This document shows, piece after piece, positions 27,275 through 41,204 of a stretch of DNA of 64,000 nucleotides (the first letter of the stretch is position 1; every line of letters starts with the position of its first letter). The DNA is from Balanoglossus misakiensis. Lineage: Eukaryota; Animalia; Hemichordata. Position numbers and translations under genes: made by a program. The stretch lies in NCBI GenBank assembly GCA_040954595.2, contig CM082577.2, forward strand, positions 19,504,303-19,568,302, written 5' to 3'. The notes under the pieces were generated by a model, which worked only from the letters and a program-made list of their open reading frames with translations, was not told the DNA's origin and ran no database searches.

Positions 27275-28791
27275 GACTTATGTTTTCGTAGGTTATGAAA
27301 AGGAAACTCCGTTCCAACGTAAAACCAATCGAATTTTGATATTAAGTTCATGTATGTTAGCATCGTTCTGTGAGGAAAGTACTATCGAATTTGTTCCGAG
27401 TCGTGATTTTTGGTGTTTTTTCACTCCGTATGTCAGCTGGCATCATGGCGTACTGTTGCCAACGATCGTACTCGGGCGACGTAGTTTGAAGTTAGCAGGC
27501 AGACTAAACAGTGAGCGCACAGCTTTGTTATGTGTATATTTTGAAAGACAAATATGTAATGTGCGTGAAATTGCATGAGAGCCCCAAAGCGCCCCTTTTA
27601 TTTTATCGATTTCACCGTATTTAGAAACTGTACTATCTCATAGGCGCCTAACACTTAAACACAGCCATCCCTATCCGTATGTGAAGGCCGTGGTGATCGC
27701 AACTTACTGTAATACTAAATTTTAGAATAACCCTATTACAGTCAACACGTTCCTGAAAAAGACCAACGACATTATGCTCACTTCGGTACCATTCCAGTGG
27801 CAGTAAAATTTCCTTTCAAGCACTTACATACGATTTTCTATGTGGTAGTTAAGGACGCGCGCCGTTTGACTTGCGTAACTAACCACATATTTACAAACAT
27901 GCATGTAGGTTTCTTGTGCTCATTGTGCGTAAAATAAAAAAAGAGTCTTTCTGGTTTTCGTTTATTTGCGGTTTGGTGTGGGATTTTAAAAAAATACTGT
28001 TACAGTACATATTTGAGAAGAAAACTGAGTTGTAATAGAACGAATAGAAAAGCTGTAACGGTATGCTGGCCTACGGTAAAGCTTTTCACGCTCGGTAGCC
28101 ATCATGCAGCTACGCCCCGTTGGCGTATGCGCATAGCCCCGCGGCCAGTACATCGATCCGAATAGACGGTTAAAAACGTCAAGAGAGCCGAAAATATCAC
28201 AGAGAACGAACTTGGTACCAATATGTGCACAACTAAATGTCTGGTGTCACAAAAATCGAAAATATCCTACGTAAAAGGTTCAAAGAAAGTGATCGTCCAG
28301 ACGCTGCCAACGTGTGTACTCGAGGCGAGCCGGAAGTCAAATGAACGGTTACTCACGTTGGAACCCCAATGACGCTTTGCGCGTGACCCACACCACCTTC
28401 TTCCCTCTGAAGTCAATCACAGACTTTGTTTTTCCAATGATTGGACAAAGGATATACATATGTGTTATTAAAGGCACATAAGCTGCAACTTTTGGGATAA
28501 TTATCATAATTTTTGTTTCAAACTGTACTACCATTAGTTCATGCAGATGAAGGCAGTGAACTATACACAAGCATTATTAACCCTAAATATGAGTGCATAT
28601 GCAAGTTTTAACCAGATAAATAATAAAGCTTTGCTACAAGCGAATGTGGCCGCCACCGTGGGAAAATGCAAGGAACAATGAAAATGTTGCATTTCCGGTT
28701 ATGAAACATGATCTCATCCACTTGAGCCCATGAAAGTAAATGTACACCGCTGAGACATCATATTTTCCTTTTTCATTGCAATACTGCACTT

Positions 28792-29518
28792 TTTAGCTCT
28801 GCTGTCACTTGTGTCAGCCGAGCTGTAGCAGTAGGTTGAAAAGTGTCCGTCCGTCGTCCGGCGTCCGTCAACTTTTGGTATTTCAATCTTCTTCTTTAAA
28901 ACAACTTGGCATGTTTAGGTGAAATTTGGTTGGAATGTGTGTTATGGTGCCCTTAACTGATTTTGTTAATTTGGATTTGATGGGGTCATGAATATGCAAA
29001 TTAGATCTAAAAATAGAATTTTTGGTCAAAAATCTTCTTCTCCATAACTACATATACGATGGAGCTGAAATTTGGTAGGAATGTGTGTTATTGTGTCCCT
29101 ACCTGATTTTGTTAATTTGGATTTGATCGGGTTATGAATATGCAAATTAGATCTAAAAATAGATTTTTTGGTAGAAAATCTTCTTCTCCCTAACTACATG
29201 TACGATGGAGCTGAAATTTGGTAGGAATGTGTGTTATGGTGCCCCTACCTGATTTTGTTAATTGGAATTTTGATGGAGTCATGAATATGCAAATTAGAAC
29301 CTTGGTGCTTCCTTTTGATGTTGTTCTTTAGGATTCAATTCTTTCTTTCTTTAGCACAATGAATCAAGCTGAATTTGGATAAATACTTGTGATGTCTATG
29401 TTTGGTTTTGTTCAATAGAATACAATTGTTATGAATTAAAACCCAGGGTATTCATATCATTGCCCAGGTTACACTGTTAAAGTCAGCAGAGCTCTTTTGA
29501 CCGATAGGTCACTTGTTT
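28792..29518 (+). mobile_element. HINE copy inserted in a T-run of a Kolobok-like MITE
   Basis: ttttagctctgctg..cagcagagct..gaccgataggtc acttgttt. The empty site acttttttaaaaattgcagg is at 2001-2020. Confidence 0.8.
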
Positions 29519-29729
29519 TAAAAAATTGCAGGAATTTTCGTTTTTCTTTAATTGTTGGCCTTTTTGTCATAAATAAGTGTTGAGCTTGATATATTATCAC
29601 GAAATATCATTTTACGTGACGCTAGTTACATCACAATTCCCAGCAAGGGGTATCAGGTTTTATTGGGCCAGTGGCATGGCTGAGGGTAAACGTTAGTTTT
29701 GGAAGCAAAGCGGACAAAATACAGCTATA

Positions 29730-31124
29730 CAGTCAGGACGTAAGTGGGGTAATTAAACAGCAAGGGATCATGCAATGCAAACACTTGAACTGGCCAGTAA
29801 CGTTTGAATTGCTCATTTGCATACAGTTTTCAACTTTTTTCACAACGAAAGTTAAGCAACTTGCAACCCATTTCTGACAATTATTTCACCCCAGGCACAT
29901 TACTGGTACTATGAGTGTACTACATGTGATTTTTCATGAAGTTTTATGAAGAAGAATTTCTTTTACTTCCACTGACAAAATTGTGATCACGAAATTCAAA
30001 GTGACCTTGAAGTTAAAAAATAAAAAAAAAAATATCAGCCATACCCACACAAAAATTAACCCCCTCAGGTTTTAGAAACATTATTAAACTCCTCTATTCA
30101 TAATTTTGACATGAATATATCCATGCCGAGAGTCAAGGACCACAATTTACAGTGCCATAGGTCAGTCCTGAGAAGTCAGTCAGCGTGGATAGTGTATAGA
30201 TTCCGTATGTAATATGCTAATGAGAGATAACGACGCGTTGAAAAGGAAGCCATTACGTCATGGGTTAACATGCGTTGACCTAGTCTCGGTTACCCAGACC
30301 CCCCTGCTTCTTCCGTTGGGCACTCCAGAAAGAGGGTCTGGGGAAACCCCATAGACAAATCTCCGGGCAAAGATGGCCGACTTGAGACAAAAGCGATGCA
30401 TGATGGTCAACATTCATGACATACGATATTATGATATGACGATATTAGAAAACTATCTACCAAACATCTCTTTCTCTTTTCAATTTGTAGACAGTTTCAG
30501 CAGGTCCAGCACTTCTCAGCATGTTTTGTTTATGTTAAAGGCTGCAACCATCACGCATCGCTTTTGTCTCAAGTCGGCCATCTTTGCCCGGAGATTTGTC
30601 TATGGGGTTTCCCCAGACCCTCTTTCTGGAGTGTCCAACGGAAGAAGCAGGGGGGTCTGGGTAACCGAGACTAGCGTTGACCTACTTCAATGCATACACA
30701 TATGGCAAACACGGCTGTACTCGTCGATGGCGAAGGCAATTTTTACACCGTCATTACTCCACAACGGAGCGGCTCACACTATTATAATTTCATGGTAACT
30801 TAGTTCAATATCTTCCTAACCTACCCAATTTTTTTTCAAGACATGAAATCTTTGCCGAGAGTCAAGGACCACAATTTAAACCAACATACCGAAACTGTCT
30901 TTCTCGGGAACGCGTCGTTAAAACTTCACGAAAAATCATCCTATCATTGACTATGGTGTTTCATACACGTCTTAGAAAAATGGGTGTACTACGATCACTT
31001 GTAGTACCGAAAATCTCCGTTTGAAAATTTTTCGAACTGGCCGTAACTGCCACTCAGCGACGTTCACATTCAAATAGATCTCTTTGATCTCACCGCCGTA
31101 ATTACCCCACTTACGTCCTGACTG
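29730..31124. mobile_element. Tc1/mariner-type MITE with TA TSD
   Basis: 26-bp TIR cagtcaggacgtaagtggggtaatta at both ends, flanked by TA. Confidence 0.85.
30281..30673. mobile_element. TAG..CTA MITE with ~127-bp TIRs and 9-bp TSD (AcademH-like)
   Basis: gcgttgacc|tagtctcggttacccagacc..ggtctgggtaaccgagacta|gcgttgacc. Confidence 0.9.
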
Positions 31125-31477
31125 TATATACTAGACTAGCAAGTTCCTGGTCTGCAAGTCAAACACTTCAACAATGGGAAACATCAATTTTGGGGAGGAG
31201 CGTCTGATTCAGTGTTCCATATAAGACGACATGAACAAGGGGGATTATCCTCTTTGCCAGAATATTAGCAGATTCTACTCAGGCAAGGAATATATTTCAT
31301 CAATCCTTTTTCACACATGATATTTAGAGCAAATGCATCTGACTGACATCATTTCATGCAGCGCAGTGCCAACATGTCAACAGAGGATGGCTAGCCCAAT
31401 TGTCGTGTCTGCATGAAACACTGAAGCATTCTATTTTTCAGAGGAAGTGAGTAAAACAGAAAACAGAATAATGTTAC

Positions 31478-31626
31478 CTGACAACACCATGTGACCCTTT
31501 GAGATTGTGTGTGCAATACTGTTTGATGATATCCCAAATTTTGATAGTACTATCACTACCACCAGTGGCTAGTAATGTGGATGTACTGTCAAATGCCATA
31601 CTTGCAACAGGAGCTCTGTGAATTGC
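31478..31626 (-). CDS. TBL3: TBL3 exon (149 bp): AIHRAPVASMAFDSTSTLLATGGSDSTIKIWDIIKQYCTHNLKGSHGVV
   Basis: WD40 repeat; acceptor ttacag|, donor AG|gtaaca, phase 0/2. Confidence 0.95.
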
Positions 31627-33389
31627 CTGTAAGGATATCATGAGATAAAAATAGTTCTAATTCCAATGTAATGCTTAAACACGCCTATTTAAAGCCTATT
31701 ATGGTAAGACTTTACAAATGTGAAAAAGTCAGGCTACTGGCAAGGCGTACTGTGTGTGCTCCAGCATTTCGAGAAATTCACCGGGTTTATGGCTTTCATT
31801 GTCATCCAATCTTACATATGATATCCATGAATATATAGCAAGTAAATGTATGTGGAAAATACATTGAAAAATCCTGCAGTGTTAGTAAGGGAACGCAATT
31901 TTCTCGAAAGCGTTGTGCCAGAATGGCCGTTTGACCCCATGTGTAAAAGTCAATTTATACCGTCAACCTTTATACAAATTCAAACAGTGGCGTAAGCCAT
32001 GTTTGCTCCCACTGGTCAAAACAAATATAACCCACACACAAATCTGCGAAATACTGTTACGTAGACAATTTATCCAAACACATAGATTATACCACAGTCT
32101 CTCCACTAGCAACTGCGCTTGACCAGTTCATTTTAACTCCGATTTAGGAGACGTTTGTGCGCAACTGCAATGCAACTCACGCAGGCGCAGTCCTACTCGC
32201 GCACGCGCAATCAGAAGTTGCAAGGGGTCGAAGTCCAACCCAGAGAGACCGTCTGGCTGAGGACAGTGTCCTATACTATGCCATGGCCTCTTTCAGTATA
32301 AGTCAACTAGTCCATGAAGTAATGATTTGTTTTTTAGACAAGTCATTCTTTGTTGTTATTGTTGTTGTTTTATGCTGAACGTTGACAATGCGGTCCACAC
32401 AGTTTTCATTTACAACCGGACCTGCACCAGTGCAACTCATGATGTGTCCTGAACAGCTGGTCTTTTTAACAGTTAGCCAGTCATGTCAGTGTTAGCAGTA
32501 GGATTTCAAAAGCATTAGCCATTTTGGCTAATGCTTTTAATAGTTTCATAATTTTATTGGTATTTTAAAAATGTTTTCCTGTTTTTTTGTTTACTTTTTT
32601 ATTTTTTTTACTATTTGTTGATTGTAATGCTGTATGGCGTTTACCAGTCATTTCAGTTTTTCAGTTCTTTTACTATTTTTATTAGTAGTATTTTGCTGTT
32701 TTTTTCCTAGATGTTTCTTTTTTTCCTTACAGTCTTCCAGGGGAATTTTCGAGACAATGTTTTTCTGAAAGCCTATCATATACTGAGTAAAATTCACTTT
32801 GTTTGCCATCTGGGCACCGGGGCGTTTTCGAGTTATTGGCTTCTAAATTATATTGGGTAACGTATGTAGGAAAGCCTAAAAGTGCATATAAATTGACGTA
32901 GGGGGGTAAATTAGTCTTGTAAAATACTGTCTCTCTGAACGTATACCTCGAACAACAGGGATGTATTTGGTATCAAAAGAAAGCTTAATAAACAAGCTTT
33001 CCATTAATTACAAAATAAAAGTGATATGACAAATCATGACATCATAGTGACGTCATAAGTCAAAATACCCTTACGAAAATGGTGTTCTGTTCACCTACAT
33101 TGTATAAATGTGAGGTTTTGCAAAACATGTCTCTGTGCAATTGTACTGATGAAAACTGTGATGTGTTTGATATCAACGGAAAGCTGATTGAGTAAAGTAT
33201 CTAATTATTGCAAAAAATTGATATAATAATCAATTACGTCATCATTACGTCATACTTCCAAGTACCCTTACCAATTAGTGACTATGTTGACAAGTTATTA
33301 CCCTAGGAGATAGGTGCCTTTAAATAAAAAAATTGGTAAGGAAGGTTTGTGAAGTCCATTCTATGTAAAAAATGGTGCTGATTCAAAAA

Positions 33390-34110
33390 AAGTCAGTCTT
33401 ATTGACCCCACCCAAGACAAAATTGCCATTTTGGCACTTTTTAACCCAAAAAAGGTCAGAAAACACTAAAAACACACTGTTTTCGTCACATTCGAAGATC
33501 TGATGACATATGATATGCCTATTCTATGTATAATTTGGTTGATATTATGAAAAAAGCAGTCTGACTGACCCCACCCAAGGCAAAATTGCCATTTTGGCAC
33601 TTTTTAACCCAAAAAAGGTCATTTTTAGAAAACACTAAAAACACACTGTTTTCGTCACATTCGAAGATCTGATATGCCTATTCTATGTATAATTTGGTTG
33701 ATATTACGAAAAAAGCAGTCTGACTGACCCCAAACGAGACAGAATTGCCTTTTTGACCATTTTTTGCCCAAAAACGTCATTTTTAGACAAAACTTAAAAC
33801 ACACTCTTCTCTTCATATTGATTGATTTGATGATATATGGAAAGTCAATTCTATGTGTAAAATGGTGACTATAAAACATAAAGCAGTCTTTTTGACCCCA
33901 ATCAATACAAAAATGCCATTTTTGGCCACATTTTTGAGGTCAAAAAGGTCATTTTTACAAAGAAAAACTATAAACAAACTGTTTTCTTCCTATTCAGAGA
34001 TCTGATTATGTATGAAAAGTCCATTCTATGTAAAAAAAAAATCTGATTGACCCCATTCTAGTCAAAATTGCGTTTTTGGCAATTTATTGCCTAAAAAGAC
34101 CTACTTAAGA
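33390..34110. repeat. Diverged ~165-185-bp tandem array, likely internal to a HINE-like element starting near 32512
   Basis: Repeating gacccca..aaaattgccattttggc units, with an upstream palindrome gcattagccattttggctaatgc. Confidence 0.6.
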
Positions 34111-34206
34111 CAAATTTATCATTTTAAACATTTTCTAGAGAAAAAAATGTTTGCATTTGGAGATAGCCCAAATTGAACTCATAATGATGATAAAACGGCG
34201 TCGAGA

Positions 34207-35310
34207 GTTGCTGAATGGGGGGTTGTACCAGATGATGTTGTTTCTTTGTCTGTTTCTTCTTTTATTCGCGGTGGTTGTTGGTTCATAGCGTAAAGTGTAT
34301 TGGTATCCGCTGGCGTCGAAGGCTTTTTGGTATGGCGGGGCGGCTTGGTCGAATGAGGCCTGGTCGGATGATAGCTGGGAGAGTCGTTTGTTGATTCCGG
34401 CTGGTATGTTCTTGGTGATGCTGGTGGGGTGGTTGCTTTCGCGGTGGACATATTGGAGTGTTGTGTTGGGCTTTGTGTAGGGTTGGTATGTGTTTCTGGC
34501 CAGGTTGAATGTGACGTTGAGGAAGTTGATGACTTGTTTGTTAGCTTCGATGGTGATTTTGAGACCGTTGATTTTGAATATTCGGCAGATTTCTTTTTTT
34601 ATGTTTTCTGTGGATCTCGGGGTGGCGTCTGTGATGGCTAGTCCGTCGTCTCTGTATAGTCCGATGCTGTTGCCGAATTTATTCTGTAGCTGGGAGAGCA
34701 GGAAGCTGCCTACCAGTTCGCATGTTTCTGCACCGTCGAAACTGCCCATGGTGACATCGAATGGCTTGGTGCTTTTCTTCTGCCATGATTGTTGTTTGTG
34801 TGTTTGATGTCAAAACAAGATACAGAAACCACACTTTATCTTTCCGACTCGCACGCTCCAGGAACTCCACCGAACTCAGCAAACATATTTGGACTCTGAA
34901 GGACAACGACATTGCCCACACTAGTTCATGGAAAATTTTAGCCAAAGCCAAACCATACAACAGCGCAACCAAACGGTGCAACCTCTGCTTAACAGAGAAA
35001 TTTATTATCATTCGCAACCCAGAAATTTCCACACTCAATAAAAGAAACGAACTTGTGTCCTCTTGTCGACACAGACACAAAGCATTGTTACGCAACAATT
35101 AAATCTAGAAACTCCCCACACACCAGCTATACACATTGTTATGCAAAACGGCCCACCCCAACTTACATTCAACCACCTGTGTACCTGCATAAAAACGCGC
35201 CTTCCCCCTTGCATTTTCGCCAGTTTGATCTCCTGATGAGTGAGTCTAGTGACTCACGAAACAACGTTGTAGAGATTTTACCGCCTTCCGTTTCTCCTAC
35301 TACCCTCCTT
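34207..35310. mobile_element. Penelope-like retroelement, 5'-truncated and inverted
   Basis: Minus-strand RT ([29 protein letters not shown]) sits head-to-head with a plus-strand GIY-YIG C-terminus (KTRYRNH..TELSKHIWTLK..RCNLCLTEK..LNKRNE..CRH), followed by a hammerhead. Confidence 0.9.
35228..35276 (+). ncRNA. Type I minimal hammerhead ribozyme
   Basis: atctc-CTGATGA-gtgagtc(tagt)gactcac-GAAA-caacgttg-TA-gagat. The core is complete, with a GUA cleavage triplet. Confidence 0.88.
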
Positions 35311-37455
35311 TACATACATACATACATACATACATACAGACGCAATCGATCCCATACATGTAAGGTCCCATGGTACATACCAATGGGACCCAAAAATCGT
35401 GTCAAGGACACGGTGGTCCCATTGAGGGATTACAGAAGAAAAAGTCTACACTGGAGTATATGGCCATATACAGACAGACAGACACACACACAAACACTGA
35501 CTGACCCATAAGCTGCCAACTGTACATACACTAAATAGAACAGCTGGTCTCTTAAAAAGTTAGCCAGTTATATAATCATGCAGGAATTTCCTGTGTATAT
35601 AAATATCAGGAGGGCCCTGGGGGTTTTGCCTATAATTACAAAGAACTTAATAAAGTAAATACACACCACTTTGCAAAGCAATCTGACCAGTAGTTCTTGA
35701 GTTACTGAGTTTTGACCAAATTCACATTTTCCAGCTAATTTGCATATTTTGGCAATGACAACTTCATTTGAACAAACTCCCATCTACAGCCCATCTACAC
35801 GCAGTGGTTTTCAAGTTTTTGATGTGGACGGACATACAGACATACATACATGTACATACATACGCAACCGATCCCATAAGGTCCCATGGTATAAACAAAT
35901 GGGACCTAAGAATAGAAAATTCATAATTTTAGCTTAAAACATATAAGACTCTATGAGGTTGACATAAGGTACATGCATACCAATTTTCAAATCAATCTGA
36001 CCAGGGGTTGTTGAGTTTCTGAGTTTTGACCAAATTCACATTTTCCCAGCTAATTTGCATATTTTTGGCAATGACAACTGCATTTGAACAAACTCCCATG
36101 TACTGCCCAGCATGCATCTGCACACCAAATACCGAGTTGATAAGTTTTGATGTGTACGGACATACATCTATACATACATCGATACATACAGACGCAACTG
36201 ATTCCATAAAGTCCCATGGTATATATACATACCAAAATGGAACCTGAAAACTGTCGGAGTCAATATTTAACAGGTTCTTGGGGGCGACCACCATTGGCTT
36301 TCATGTATCACAGATAGGACGACAGGGCGGTTCTTGAAATGATGTCACACTTCCAGGGTTTGAGTTTTTTAGGAAAATGTGTGTGAACTTCAGAAAATCG
36401 GGGTTTTACATGACGCGCATTTCTGCGTCCTTTACGCACAAAACTGGGCGTGAGACCCCTCAAAAACTAAACCATGCGTCCTTTGGGATGCAGAAATATG
36501 TCTGTTGCTGCGTGGTTGTTATCTCACGTAGCTGAATGAACACATAAAAAACGCATGTAAGAGGAAAATCGCCGGTCTTTTATTGTTTGTATAATCTTTT
36601 CATTTTCGCTGACACACATTGTTTCTAGACGTTTCCTGATAGCTGATTGGTGTACACATTCAAAGAGATTCACTTGTCACAGTTTATGACCTTACGACCT
36701 GTAATCGATATTGATAATAGCTTCATAGCAAACTTGTAGCAAACTTGAGTCCCTCGAGGGACTGTGGTTTTTCGTTGAATTTGATACAGTTTACCTACAA
36801 GCAGTCACCCTCGTGGGAATTGTAAGTTACACTGTGATATATCGCACTTGGCTGTGTGCAAGCAGTGAACTACCGTGACTCCTATTGCTCTGAAACCAAC
36901 TCCGCCCATGATTACCAGCAGTCTTAGTTTTGTTGAAAACCCTGAACTTAAACTTTAAATATAGATTCAACTGCTAATTTTTGGGATAAGATTTCAAAAA
37001 GACCAAGTTGAGATTACATGTATTCTCCCCATATAAGGTGAAAAGGGTCACTCATAAGGATAGAAGGATTTCCTAATTTCGAGCATGGATAAAATGATAA
37101 AATATTCTGGTGAAATGAATTGGAACCCACATGCTTTGATGAAGGACCCCCATTTTTCAATAGAGTCTCAGGGACTCCCAAAAGTAAAGAGTGATGTAAA
37201 ACCCTGGAAAATGCACTTGTTTTACAAAAAAACACACACTTTAACCATTTTCTGTCATAATTGTTTTGCTTAGATCTTTCACTGCATTAATCACCTAAAT
37301 TCTAATAGGGGGAATGTAATATCGCCAACATTTTGAGAGGAAGTGGTCGCCCCTTGACAAATTGCTAGAGGGTGCCAACATGTCGGCAGGGGATGAATCC
37401 CCACCAGGATCCGTCCACATAAAACACTGTTAAAAAAGCATGCAGCATGACTTAC

Positions 37456-37533
37456 TTTCCACATTCTCTTACAATTCTGTTCCTTCCAAGCCCACTGTTG
37501 CAGAAGTAAATTACTTGCTGCTGTGATGAGAAT
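37456..37533 (-). CDS. TBL3: TBL3 exon (78 bp): ILITAASNLLLQQWAWKEQNCKRMWK
   Basis: Acceptor tgtttag|, donor AAA|gtaagt, phase 0/0. Resembles VLVTASRALLLAQWAW..RLWK. Confidence 0.92.
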
Positions 37534-40029
37534 CTAAACACAAATGAGACAAACAGATGGGTCAGTTTTCATTTGCATGTTCCTCAGGAGTAGTCCTGTT
37601 TCAAATTGACCTACATTACACGTCCTAAACAAATGTATTGCATATTCTGATTGGTCTACAAGTTCTTGCATAATGAGGCAGTGAACACTGGAGGACCAGA
37701 CCTACACATTTAGTCCATGGGCCAGGACCCGACTTTTCATAAATTGGTATCAGAAAGATGGACAAAGCCTCATATGTTTTTTTGGAAAGGCCTATATCTC
37801 TAGATTATAAATTGGGGTGATACCCCTGCCTATCGAGTAGCTTTCTGCATTTTTTCCCTCACAAACTAATGTAAGAACATAAAAATTTGCGACCCAAATT
37901 TTGGGGGTAGGGGAACTTTAAATTGCTGTAACTCCAGCAAAACTAAAGCCAGAACAGTCATTTACCACTTAAATTGTGTGTTTTTAGAACTCTACCAATA
38001 TAATATATTTTGGTGGCAATTCGTTTTGAATTGAGGTCAATAGAGGTCAAAAGGTCATGAAATTTGGGTCATTCTGAAAATTTGTAGTATGACTATTTCT
38101 TGAACGATTTTTTTGAACTTAAGTCTTTAAATGTCATTTAGAAGATAAAATACTCTCCCAGAATCTATTTCAAACCAATAAAAAACCGTATTATTCAATT
38201 ACGATCAGAAAAACACAAATACAGAGATACGGAAGAGTGGCATAAGACTTCAGACCCTGATATTGGGGTAGGGCAAACTTAAAAAGGTGAAACTCTGTCA
38301 AAAATAAATACAGAACAGTCATTTACCACTCAAATTGTGTGTTTTTAGAGTGACCGTGCATATACACAGTGAATATACGCGCGCGCACACGACTCTACCA
38401 CTAGTACCAGTCCCCAGACCAGGAACTGGTGACCCGCCGTTTGTTTCCAACGCCAAATTTGATTCTAATGTTGAATTTACGAGAAAACAATTTATCTGAC
38501 CTGTAGTTTTCTTGGCTCGCTTACGTTTTAATTTGGAAACTTACTTTAAAAAATCATACGCCACCGTCTTGATGACTGGCCCCTATTTTAATAATCGTAT
38601 CGCCATGTTTCGTCGTTTCGCTGTTTCGTTATTTCGCAAAGTATAACTAGCCCCCTGTAACATTATAATCCTTAAGCTTCGTGGATTAATAAACAAAGTT
38701 TGATGTTATAATGCTCTTGTGATGCGTGACCCCAATGACCGGCCAACCTCTGACCTCGGGGACCACAATGTGGAGCTTTCGATCAGCTTTTCGCGTTTCA
38801 ATCAAACATTGAAATCACGGGCTAAAATCACTGACTAGTTTATACCTTTTTCGGTGTTTCATCTAACCTTTGAAAGGTGTATAATAAAAATGAAATGACG
38901 CCACGTAATGTGCATTTCTTGTTCACGTGTAGGGACTTATGTGTGCGTAATGATCCAAATGCAAGGGGTTGTGTGAATAGGCGTAAATCATGAAGGGCAG
39001 CAAATAATAAGTTGACAAACGGCGCGCCATGTGTTAACTTATTATTTACCGTACTTGCCCGGGTAAGAGCCCCGGGTGCTGCGCCCACAAATTAACGAAA
39101 AAACAGGGGGGGGGGGGTCTTTAGCCCGGACGCAACCTCGACATTTATGCAAATGAGGGCCTAGGGACACGAGGAAGGGGTGAATAATGATGCAAATAAC
39201 ATGGCAAAACATTTCACGGTCAAACAATGTATTTATTAAATAATAAAAAGTTTTTTTTCCCATAAATGAAATACAGAAAACATATTACAGTCGCCGCCGT
39301 TTAATCGGGACACCATGGGCGCAGACAAAACATCCCGTTTAACCGGGACATTGGTAAATGGTCGATCCCACCCATGCATTTATACTTAGACAACGACAGA
39401 GGGACGCACGTAAATACATCTATCTTAATCATGGCAATCATGCCTTTCTCTACCGGAATTTTTGAGTGGTTTATTCTCCGAGTCCAAGTCGGGACCTTCC
39501 AATTTTGGGCGTTTCGCGTCGAGGACGGACTGAAGCAGCTCCACGCTGCCGCTTTGGAAAGCTCCCCGGTGACCTTATACGCGGCAGCGCGTCCATCTAC
39601 GTGATCGTTGAATTCGAGGCACGGTCCCGAGGGACCTGTCTGAGGTCATGTTTTCTAGAGCGGTTCCCTGGTTCTGGCATTAGTAGGTGCTCCTCCTAGT
39701 CATACATTAGGCTAGTTGCGATGTTTAACTTACAGTACGTTAGATACACACACGAAAAAAGAGGCTGACGAAATTTTGTAACAAGGCGCAATGTAGTGCG
39801 TTACTTCCGTCGTCCGATCTTTGTATCTTGCCCCGGTTACCGTATGTCCGACATCGGTGGGCATAATCACCGTGAACATAAAACACTTCTTTTCGGGAAG
39901 ACGAGTCAAACTACTCTTTTCAGGCCCAAAGAATCTTTGATCAGAGAATTCTGTGAAATTGTATGACAAACGTTTTTTTCGTGATAGTAGTAGTAGTAGA
40001 AAAGGTTTGCATTTTTACGTCGATTTGAT

Positions 40030-41204
40030 CATGGACGTAAAAGAGAAGGACTTAGGACTGTCCTTTGAGCTATTGTTCAGGTGATCGTTGCCGCCGCTCC
40101 GTTATCGCCTAATACTCCGTAATACTTTAATCGGATTACTTCCGTAATTTATTCAAGAGTGGGTTCGGGTACTATATTTGGTACTGTTCGGGTGTTTCCG
40201 TCTGTTTATAAACATCAGGCTGCATGGAACGCGCATGTGCGTGACCTTTGACTTTGAACCATCGAGGAGATTTGGCCCGTATGCACCAAATCTACGCTGA
40301 AAAAATCATGAATTGCGTCTTTGGCCAAGCTGGTAGCTCTTGTCATCTAGTCCACAAATTACAACATACATATGAGGTTTTATGTCGATCGAACAGATAT
40401 TGTAGGCACCGTTTGGTTTACCGGCAATTCCACTCGAAGTCGACGATTGTGGACGCGATCATTTAACGTGTAATCCTATGGCGATAAAGTAACCGCACAT
40501 CGCGAAAAATGGCAAAATCCGAATGTGGATAACGAAAATGGCCATGTGCTTCTGCCTATAAGACGCACATTTTCTGAAAGTTTATTGCTTCGTCTCCACT
40601 TTACTGCAAAAATTAGACGTAGGACCCTTGTACTTTTAACGTGAGAGTGATTTTAAAATGTCTTGTTTTTGAAAATGCTTTGATGGTTTACGTGTAATCC
40701 TATGGCGATAGAGTAACCGCACTTCGCGAAAATTGGCAAAACCCGAACGTGGATAGTGAAAATGGCCATGTGCTCCTGCATATAAGACGCACATTTTCTG
40801 AAAGTTTATTGCTTCGTCTCCTCTAAAATGCAAAAATTAGACGTAGGACCCTTGAACTTTTAAAGTGAGAGTGATTTTAAAATGTCTTGTTTTTTTAGCA
40901 TGCTTATAAAGATCGGTTCGCCATTTGGTCAAATATGCGTCGATTTTTTCTGTTTTCACTTCTTTATTTCCGTTACATCGAGACAAAAAAATGGTGATAA
41001 TTTTACAGTAATTTACCACTTCTGTGTGACTTAAACAGCAAGTTTTCGTGAGTACTGCTGAGAGCACCCGAGGGGGTGTGTCACTGTGTATGTTGACTTC
41101 GGCAACGGTCACCCGACGTCAAAGAACAGCGTAGACAAAGCGAACACAATAGGTGTGAATGGGCTTAAGCTGCAGTCCTAAGTCCTTCTCTTTTTACGTC
41201 CATG
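40030..41204. mobile_element. P-element-like non-autonomous transposon with 7-bp TSD
   Basis: atttgat|catggacgtaaaagagaaggacttaggactg..cagtcctaagtccttctctttttacgtccatg|atttgat. Empty site near 18305-18320; internal ~225-bp direct duplication. Confidence 0.8.
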
